NCBI GenBank assembly: GCA_034669905.1
Contig: JAXMOL010000017.1
Coordinates: 72,766-136,765 of the forward strand
Direction: 5' to 3'
Source of the DNA: Candidatus Hydrogenedentota bacterium
Lineage (GTDB): Bacteria; Hydrogenedentota; Hydrogenedentia; Hydrogenedentales; JAEUWI01
Length of the DNA: 64,000 nt
The position numbers and the translations under genes are program-made. This document shows, in pieces, positions 57,063-64,000 of the stretch (its first letter is position 1; every line of letters begins with the position of its first letter). Under the pieces are notes generated by a model. It was not told where the DNA came from. It was given only the letters and a program-made list of their open reading frames with translations, and did no database searches.

Positions 57063-59783
57063 ATGGACTCTGGTATTTTTCGCGAATTTCTGAAAGCGCT
57101 CGCTGCCGAAGGCGCACTGGCCCTCCTTATCATTTATGGCATTCAGGCCCGGCACGAACTGCGGAAGCATCTCTGGGTAACGGCCACCGCGTTACTTCTG
57201 ATTGTGTCGGTGGCGGTGGCAGGCTACTTTGAGTTTGGTTGGAAGCGCTACGGCACCTTCATGAACAACCACGACTTCTACCATTACTACACGGGCACGA
57301 AATACGCCCCCGAGTTGGGCTATTACAATCAATATTCCGCTTCGCTGTTGGCCGACCACGAACAAAAAAAAGTATTCGACACCAAGAAGGCGGTGCGGAA
57401 TCTTCAGACCCACGGCTATACCCCGACGGCAGAGGTGTTCCAGAACCAGGAGGCGATCAAGGGGCGCTTTTCGCCGGAGCGGTGGGAAGATTTTAAGAAA
57501 GACATCTTCTACTTCCAGGATAGGGTGCCCCGGGGGAAGTGGCAGCAGATGCTTCGGGACAAGGGCTATAACGGCACGCCGGTCTGGTCGATGGTGACGG
57601 GCATGCTCACCAATACGGTGAGTACGGACAGCGAAGTGGGTATGTGGCTCTTGACGGCGCTGGATCCCCTCATCGTCGCCCTTATGATTGCCTGTATCTG
57701 GTGGGCCTTTGGGCCGTGGGCCGCGCTGTTTGCCCTGGCCTTCTTCGGCACCAATTTCGTTATGAGTTTCGTCCATATTAAGGGGGCGCTCTTGCGGATG
57801 GACTGGGTGGCCTGCCTCGTGGTGAGCATGTGCCTGCTCCATAAGAAGCATTTCAAGTCTGCAGGGGTGGTGCTGGCCTACGCGGCGGCGGCCCGGGTCT
57901 TCCCGGCGGTCTTCGCCTTTGGCATCGGCGCGCTGGCCTGTTGGGACCTGTTTGCGACGCGCAAGTTCAACCGGGACTATGTGCAGTTCTTCGTCGCCTT
58001 CTTTGTGACCGCGGCCCTCATGCTGGGGCTGTCTTATCTCTATTACGGCGCTTCTCTCTGGCAGGAATTCATCGTCAAGATTGGGGTGCACAACAACGAT
58101 ATTTCCACGACGCGGGTAGGTTTCAAGTACATCTTCCTGTGGCCCTTCGAGCGCTTTGGGGAAAAGGTGACCGGCTTCCAGGCCCACCAGGACCTGTGGT
58201 GGAAGATTCAGGCCGTCATGCTGGTCATCACCTTTATCGCCGCCCGAAAGATGAAGCCCTACCAGGCCCTGGGCCTCGGCTTTGTGCCCGCCTTTTTCCT
58301 CACGGCCCCCACGTTCTATTACTACGTGCTGCTCATCGTGCCCCTGATGATCTTCCTCCCCAATCTGAAACGGGTGAGCCACGTGGTAGGCGCTTCCCTC
58401 TTCTTCCTGAGTTCCATCGCGGGCTATGCCCTCCACCACCACTATAACCTCGACTTCCCCCTGTGTTTCTTCCTGTCGTGCATGTATCTCACAATCTGCC
58501 TGTACATTGTTGGACTCCACCTCCTCCCCCTGCAGCTGATACAGCGCGTGAGCGCGAAGATCCATCGTCCGGGCCATATCGTGAAACCGCTGATGGGGGT
58601 GGCCTACGCGGCCTTTATCATCGGCCTGTTCCTCTATTATCGGGCTGGCTCTGACTATGCCGTCACCACGCCCCCCACCCCGCCCGAACCAGCCGCAGAA
58701 ACCCGGGCTGCGGCCCCTGCGCCAACGAAGAAAGCCACGACCCCCACAACGCGGCCGAGCACGACTTCGCCGGTGCCGCCTTCGGCACCCCAACCACCCC
58801 AGTTGCCGAATCGTCCGCGCCCGATCACCGAGGGGCCTGTCGTGGAGCCCTTGGGGGAAACACCCGAAGGTGTCGACAGCGATGGGTCTATCCGGCTGGC
58901 GCTGGTGGGCGATATCATGTTCGGGCGCAACGTCGCACGGGATCTGAAGGCCCGAAACCTCGATTACACCTATCCGTTTCGGGCGACGGCCCCCTTGCTG
59001 ACCACCTCAGATATCACCTTCGGCAACCTGGAGTGCCCCATCTCGGGCCGGGGAGAGAAACTGGACAAAAAATACGTTTTCAACGCCGCCCCGGAGTCGG
59101 TCTCCGGACTGGTGGCAGGGGGCTTTGACGTGGTTTCGCTGGCCAATAATCATACGCTGGACTACGGCACGATAGCCCTGGAAGACACCCAACGCATCTT
59201 AGGCGAAGCAGGTGTTGCGGGAGTAGGGATTGCGACGGGAGACGGGCCGCAGATTCCCTTCATCATCGAGCGCAAGGGAATTCGGGTGGGCTTTCTGGCT
59301 TATGCGGATCACGAGACGCCCTATGCCTATGCCAAGGAATTCCTGCCCTTTGAGACGGGCCCGGCAAAGGCGCGCAAGGAATCCATCACACGCGATATTG
59401 CCGCGTTGAAGCCCCAGGTGGACGTGGTTGTAGTCTCGCTCCACTGGGGGATTGAATACGAGGATGTGCCCAACGCGCGGCAGATCGAGTTGGGCCAGTT
59501 TGTCATCGACCAGGGGGCCCACATCGTCGCCGGGCATCACCCCCACGTGCAGCAGGATGCGGCATGGTATAAGGACGGGTTGATCATTTACAGCATGGGG
59601 AATTTCGTCTTTGACCAGCGGTCACGTCCGAAAACCCGGGAGAGCCGACTGTACACGGTGCTCGTGACCAAAGACGGCCCTGTCCATGCCCAATATCGTC
59701 CGCTGGAACTGGTGATTGGCGACTGGCAACCCCGCCCTACCGGCCCCCACTATGTACGGGTTCCCCGCTCACCGGCGGGCTGA
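57063..59783 (+). CDS. GT-C-like polytopic membrane protein fused via a Pro/Thr-rich linker to a CapA-family metallophosphatase domain
   Basis: Many TM helices, HDFYHYY loop motif; C-terminal GDIM, GNLE, ANNH, HWG, GHHPH, YSMGNFVF. Confidence 0.8.
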   Translation: MDSGIFREFLKALAAEGALALLIIYGIQARHELRKHLWVTATALLLIVSVAVAGYFEFGWKRYGTFMNNHDFYHYYTGTKYAPELGYYNQYSASLLADHEQKKVFDTKKAVRNLQTHGYTPTAEVFQNQEAIKGRFSPERWEDFKKDIFYFQDRVPRGKWQQMLRDKGYNGTPVWSMVTGMLTNTVSTDSEVGMWLLTALDPLIVALMIACIWWAFGPWAALFALAFFGTNFVMSFVHIKGALLRMDWVACLVVSMCLLHKKHFKSAGVVLAYAAAARVFPAVFAFGIGALACWDLFATRKFNRDYVQFFVAFFVTAALMLGLSYLYYGASLWQEFIVKIGVHNNDISTTRVGFKYIFLWPFERFGEKVTGFQAHQDLWWKIQAVMLVITFIAARKMKPYQALGLGFVPAFFLTAPTFYYYVLLIVPLMIFLPNLKRVSHVVGASLFFLSSIAGYALHHHYNLDFPLCFFLSCMYLTICLYIVGLHLLPLQLIQRVSAKIHRPGHIVKPLMGVAYAAFIIGLFLYYRAGSDYAVTTPPTPPEPAAETRAAAPAPTKKATTPTTRPSTTSPVPPSAPQPPQLPNRPRPITEGPVVEPLGETPEGVDSDGSIRLALVGDIMFGRNVARDLKARNLDYTYPFRATAPLLTTSDITFGNLECPISGRGEKLDKKYVFNAAPESVSGLVAGGFDVVSLANNHTLDYGTIALEDTQRILGEAGVAGVGIATGDGPQIPFIIERKGIRVGFLAYADHETPYAYAKEFLPFETGPAKARKESITRDIAALKPQVDVVVVSLHWGIEYEDVPNARQIELGQFVIDQGAHIVAGHHPHVQQDAAWYKDGLIIYSMGNFVFDQRSRPKTRESRLYTVLVTKDGPVHAQYRPLELVIGDWQPRPTGPHYVRVPRSPAG

Positions 59784-59906
59784 TGCCCCCTGGGGCGAGC
59801 CGGTTAGCTGTGGAACAGCAACGAGGGGGCGGCACACCCCACCTGTCGATCTGGCGAAAAGCCAGCGCAGTACGAGGTGCTGAAAAGAGCCGATTGGGGC
59901 GATGAC

Positions 59907-60125
59907 CTACTTGTAGCGGTAGGTGATACGGCCTTTGGTCAGGTCGTAGGGGGACATTTCCAAGGTCACGCGGTCACCGGGCAGGATGCGGATATAAAAC
60001 TTGCGCATTTTGCCGGAGATGTGGGCCAGAACCATGTGGTCATTCTGAAGTTTGACACGAAACATGGCATTGGGAAGGGGCTCCACGACGGTGCCTTCTA
60101 CTTGGATGGATTCTTCTTTCTGCAT
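59907..60125 (-). CDS. infA: Translation initiation factor IF-1
   Basis: [15 protein letters not shown]...AHISGKMR...IRILPGDRV...[13 protein letters not shown]. Confidence 0.99.
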   Translation of the reverse strand: MQKEESIQVEGTVVEPLPNAMFRVKLQNDHMVLAHISGKMRKFYIRILPGDRVTLEMSPYDLTKGRITYRYK

Positions 60126-60384
60126 ACGGTACGCTGTTAAACCTTTTGCTTGTTAAAGCCGTTTGATGATACCCTGATGGCACCTGCTTCTCGTGAATAC
60201 AGAATACTTTCACGAGCACAGTCCATAGCAATTCTACCACAGGACAGCCCCTTTGTTACAACTGGCAGAATCGGGCGCATTTCTGCCGCCCGTTCTCTCG
60301 CCGAATGCCCCTTTCCTGGCCCTTGCATTCCCTGTGATCCTTTCGTATTATCCCTCCAACCTATTTACCCGGAAGGAACGCCCT

Positions 60385-61389
60385 ATGCTCACCAGTGCCC
60401 TCTTTGTCGTCTTCACCGCGTTAGCCGCCCCTGCCCCGATCGCGGACCTGAGCGAGGCGGCCAACACCCTCCTCGCGGGTCTCTCCGACGAGCAACGGGC
60501 CATGACCCAGTATGATTTTGACGCCGAGGAGCGTTGGGACTGGCATTTCGTGCCCCGGAAGCGCCCGGGCCTTTCCTTCCATGATCTGGAAGCCTCTCAA
60601 TATCCCCTGATCCAGGACCTGCTCCGCGCTGGCCTGAGCGAAGGGGGCTTTGAAACGGCGGAAACGATCCGTAGGCTGGAAGGCATTCTGCGCATTATGG
60701 AGGGTCCCCAGGCGACACACCGTGATCCCCTGGACTACCACGTCTCTATCTTTGGCACGCCCGATCCCACCGGCACGTGGGCCCTCCGCTATGAAGGCCA
60801 CCACTTGAGTCTCCATTGGACCATTGTGAAGGGAAAGGCCATTGCCGCTTCACCCCAGTTTCTCGGCGCCAATCCCGGCACCATCCCCGAGGGACACGAC
60901 CACGCCGGGCACCGCACGCTCGGTGTATTGGAAGATCTGGGGCGTGCTTTTATCAACACCTTGAGTGTCGCGCAGCGGGCTGAGGCTATCATCAACCCCG
61001 TAGCCCCGCGAGACATCCTGAGCGGAACGGACCGGGACGTCATCGTGCAGGACGACCTGGGCATTCCGTACAGTGCGCTGACCGCGGCACAGCAGGCGCA
61101 GTTCATGGGGCTCATCGAAGCCTATGCGAATATCCAACGGCCGGAGATTGCGGCCCAGCGCCTGAGCCGTATCCGCAAGGCAGGGCTGGACGCAGTGAAG
61201 TTTGCCTGGATGGGTCCCATCGAGTTGGGTGCGCCCCACTACTACCGCATTCAGGGCAAGACCTTCCTGATCGAGTATGACAATGTGCAGAATAACGCCA
61301 GGCACCCCCACGCGGTCTGGCGCGATTTTCACGGGGACTTCGGCAAGGACTTGCTCAAGGAACATTACGCCCTTCACCCGCACCCATAG
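60385..61389 (+). CDS. Exported DUF3500 domain protein
   Basis: WHFVP, FGTP, RYEGHHLS, PQFLGANP, YYRIQG, IEYDN, HAVWRD...DFG. AAGGA RBS. Confidence 0.88.
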   Translation: MLTSALFVVFTALAAPAPIADLSEAANTLLAGLSDEQRAMTQYDFDAEERWDWHFVPRKRPGLSFHDLEASQYPLIQDLLRAGLSEGGFETAETIRRLEGILRIMEGPQATHRDPLDYHVSIFGTPDPTGTWALRYEGHHLSLHWTIVKGKAIAASPQFLGANPGTIPEGHDHAGHRTLGVLEDLGRAFINTLSVAQRAEAIINPVAPRDILSGTDRDVIVQDDLGIPYSALTAAQQAQFMGLIEAYANIQRPEIAAQRLSRIRKAGLDAVKFAWMGPIELGAPHYYRIQGKTFLIEYDNVQNNARHPHAVWRDFHGDFGKDLLKEHYALHPHP

Positions 61390-61505
61390 CCGCGATGCTT
61401 TTCCGCACCTACCGAAAGTGGTCTCAGATTTTTTACGCTGGAACGTCTCTTCGCTTTTCCTTTATCATGGGGCAATAGTTTCCTAACCGTGGAAGGAAGA
61501 GCCGC

Positions 61506-62888
61506 ATGAAGTTGAATCCAGAAATCTTTCGGGAATATGACATCCGGGGCATCGCCGGAAAAGACCTTGACGAGAGCACCTATGAGACCTTGGGCAAAGC
61601 CTACGCCGCCTACATGCGCGGAAAACGTAAGCACAACACGGTCGTCGTAGGTCGCGATGGCCGGTTGACCGGCAAGGCCTACTCGCGCGCCCTTATCGAT
61701 GGCCTCGTCTCCTGTGGCATCAATGTGATCGACATCGGAGAAGTGCCGAGCCCGGTCCTCTATTTTGCCCTCAACACCCTCAAGGTGGACGGTGGCCTCA
61801 TGCTGACGGCCAGCCACAACCCCAAAGAATACAATGGCCTGAAGGTGGGCGTCGGCAAGACCACCATCTATGGCAAAGACATTCAGAAACTGCGCACCAT
61901 TGCGGAAGCTGGGAAGTTTCCGGAGGTCAATAAGACCACGACCATCACGCGCATGGACCTTGTGCCCAAATATATCGCCCGCGTCGTCAAGGGCATTAAG
62001 CTCAAGCGCAAACTGAAAGTGGTCGTGGATGCCGCCAATGGTGTGGGTGGTGTCGTCGCTGTGCCCCTCTATGAAAAACTTGGCTGCGAAGTGATCCCCC
62101 TCTTCTGTGAAGTGGATGGCAATTTCCCCAATCACCATGCCGATCCCACGAAGGAAGCCAACCTCAAGGACCTCATGAAGGCCGTCAAAAAGCACAAGGC
62201 CGATGTGGGTATTGGCTTTGACGGAGACGTGGACCGCCTGGGTGGCTGCGACGAACTGGGCAACCCCCTCTGGGGCGATCGCCTGGTCTCCGTGTTTGCC
62301 GAACAGATCCTGAAAGACAAGCCCGGCGCCACCATTATCGGTGAGGTGAAGTGCAGCCGCAGCATGTATAAGCACATTGAGAAGAAGGGCGGCAAGGCCA
62401 TCATGTGGCGCACGGGTCACTCCCACCTCAAGGCCGCGCTGAAGGAGTTCAAGGCCCAGCTCGCGGGTGAGATGAGTGGACACATCTTCTTCAAGCACCG
62501 CTGGTACGGATTTGATGATGCCATCTACTCGGGCGCACGGCTGCTGGAAATCCTGGCGGGTGGCCGCAAGCCCCTCAGTGCCCACTTCAAAAATATCCCC
62601 GTACTCCCCATCACGCCGGAAATGGAATATGACTGTGCCGACGCCATCAAGTTTGATGTGGTCGATGAAGCGCGCACCTATTTCAAAAAGGAACTCGGGT
62701 TGGATGTGGTCACCATCGACGGTGCCCGCATCGAATTTCCCGATGGATGGGGACTCCTCCGCGCCTCGAACACGTCGCCCAAGCTGGTGGTTCGTGTGGA
62801 AGCCGAGACCGAAAAACGGAAGAAGGAAATCCTCAAACTCATCGAGGATAAGCTCAAGGCGTTGAAGGTCAAGGTACCCAAGCGCTAG
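61506..62888 (+). CDS. Phosphomannomutase/phosphoglucomutase (AlgC-like)
   Basis: IFREYDIRG, TASHNP, FPNHHADP, FDGDVDR, GEMSGH, LRASNT. Confidence 0.96.
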   Translation: MKLNPEIFREYDIRGIAGKDLDESTYETLGKAYAAYMRGKRKHNTVVVGRDGRLTGKAYSRALIDGLVSCGINVIDIGEVPSPVLYFALNTLKVDGGLMLTASHNPKEYNGLKVGVGKTTIYGKDIQKLRTIAEAGKFPEVNKTTTITRMDLVPKYIARVVKGIKLKRKLKVVVDAANGVGGVVAVPLYEKLGCEVIPLFCEVDGNFPNHHADPTKEANLKDLMKAVKKHKADVGIGFDGDVDRLGGCDELGNPLWGDRLVSVFAEQILKDKPGATIIGEVKCSRSMYKHIEKKGGKAIMWRTGHSHLKAALKEFKAQLAGEMSGHIFFKHRWYGFDDAIYSGARLLEILAGGRKPLSAHFKNIPVLPITPEMEYDCADAIKFDVVDEARTYFKKELGLDVVTIDGARIEFPDGWGLLRASNTSPKLVVRVEAETEKRKKEILKLIEDKLKALKVKVPKR

Positions 62889-62910
62889 TCACGCCCGGGC
62901 AATTATTCTT

Positions 62911-62946
62911 GAAGGCTGTCGGAGTTACTCCGTCAGCCTTTTTTTC
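62911..62946 (+). terminator. Intrinsic terminator
   Basis: AAGGCTGTCGGAG-TTA-CTCCGTCAGCCTT followed by a T tract. Confidence 0.8.
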
Positions 62947-63062
62947 GATTTGTCCGCCTTAAACGGGTCTCTTGTTGGATTCGCCCTTGCGGCTCCAGTG
63001 TGCTATGCTGACGTCGTTATATATGGCAGCCCATACTACCTACTTAAGATGGAGAACACCCG

Positions 63063-63308
63063 ATGGCCGCGAAAATGCAACTGGAATTCCGCTTCAAGAA
63101 GCAAGTTCCAGCAGACTACGAAGATCTCAAGGAAGTCTTGGCAAAGCGCCTGAAAGTACAGGTCAAGCGTGAGAAAGCCAAAGGGAAAGCCCTGATTCTG
63201 ATCGTAAAAGCCAAGGACCCAGGCGCCGTCACGGAAGAGAGCATTATGCCGCTACTGAAGCGGACTGAACACCGGAAAGAGGTTAAGTCGGTCACTGTAT
63301 TGGCGTGA
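63063..63308 (+). CDS. Small Lys-rich hypothetical protein
   Basis: GGAG RBS, upstream TGcTATGCT extended -10, downstream terminator. Confidence 0.75.
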   Translation: MAAKMQLEFRFKKQVPADYEDLKEVLAKRLKVQVKREKAKGKALILIVKAKDPGAVTEESIMPLLKRTEHRKEVKSVTVLA

Positions 63309-63342
63309 CGTTTGGCTCCTCGATTACTTTTTGAATCTGCTT

Positions 63343-63376
63343 CGGCACGCGTCACTCCTGGCCGTGTCGTTTTTTT
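63343..63376 (+). terminator. Intrinsic terminator
   Basis: CGGCACG...CGTGTCG stem followed by T7. Confidence 0.6.
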
Positions 63377-63442
63377 GTATCGAGGGACAAGCACGGGAGT
63401 GAGTTCCCCTGAAATGACCCACCGTCAAGAACGCTCCCCATG

Positions 63443-64000
63443 CGTGCCGCGCGATCCGGCATCGTTGGGTATGGGCTGTGGCCTGTGGGCGAAACGATTG
63501 ACGTTGGGGAGCGTAGGTCACGGCGGACTTCCGCGCCGGTTCGTGCGTGGAGACGTGGGTGGCTACACCAACCCGGAGTCCACACGCACGAACCCGCATG
63601 GCCGCTGGCGCGTCCAGGCGGGATCGCGCGGCACGGGTGAGTGGCCCTCGAAGAATCACACATTAGGAAACCATCCCGGTCGTGCCGCGCGATCCGGCAT
63701 CGTTGGGTATGGGCTGTGGCCTGTGGGCGATACGGTTGACGTTGGGGAGCGTAGGTCACGGCGGACTTCTGCGCCGGTTCGTGCGTGGAGACGTAGGTGG
63801 CTACACCAACCCGGAGTCCACACGCACGAACCCGCTTGGCCGCTACCGCGTCCAGGCGGGATCGCGCGGCACGGTTGAGTGGCCCTCGAAGAATCACACA
63901 TTAGGAAACCATCCCGGTCGTGCCGCGCGATCCGGCATCGTTGGGTATGGGCTGTGGCCTGTGGGCGATACGGTTGACGTTGGGGAGCGTAGGTCACGGC
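63443..64000 (+). repeat. Tandem array of 238-bp structured non-coding units (2 complete + 1 partial; continues past the window edge)
   Basis: CGTGCCGCGCGATCC begins at 63443, 63681 and 63919. Its reverse complement GGATCGCGCGGCACG lies at 63621-63635 and 63859-63873. Copies 1 and 2 differ by only about 8 substitutions. Confidence 0.95.

Noticed and set aside
58870..59783. Poly-gamma-glutamate capsule synthesis locus
   Set aside because: Only a CapA-family domain is present; capB and capC are absent, and CapA-like metallophosphatases are widespread outside capsule loci.
63460..63512. G-quadruplex in the repeat unit (four G runs)
   Set aside because: Loops of 11 and 16 nt are long, and the same bases are better explained by a Watson-Crick/G-U stem.
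63312..63997. ORFs of 66-188 aa overlapping the repeat array
   Set aside because: The unit length of 238 shifts the frame in each copy, and the peptides are Arg/Gly/Pro-rich with no family motif.
63443..64000. CRISPR array
   Set aside because: Units are far too long, the linkers are not unique, and there are no cas genes in the window.

Overview
A 64-kb, GC-rich bacterial chromosomal window with about 48 protein-coding genes. I recognised no rRNA, tRNA, CRISPR array, transposase or prophage. The DUF1559 prepilin-like protein (C-terminal [19 protein letters not shown]) and the PVC-type heme-binding protein suggest a PVC-like or Candidatus Hydrogenedentota host; this is an inference. Content: housekeeping genes (coaE, HU/IHF-tsaB-rimI, bioB, infA, PMM/PGM), a phoB-phoR-phosphate porin locus, several two-component systems, and two surface-glycan loci (wzm/wzt with GTs; GtrB-like GT, methyltransferase and two GT-C proteins). 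Most notable observations: (1) a Hel308/Ski2-like helicase fused to an OmpR-type winged helix, driven by a near-consensus sigma70 promoter whose spacer holds a CTG-N10-CAG SOS-like box; (2) a tandem array of 238-bp non-coding units at the right edge, each closed by a perfect 15-bp inverted repeat and folding best on the + strand; (3) a candidate lineage-specific Pho box (CTAAY, 11-bp period) with identical geometry at two promoters; (4) unusual fusions (radical-SAM-like/GT2, Wzt with a duplicated C-terminal domain, GT-C/CapA) and several apparent pseudoenzymes. All family calls come from motif recognition by eye; no searches were run, and several start codons are my estimates.
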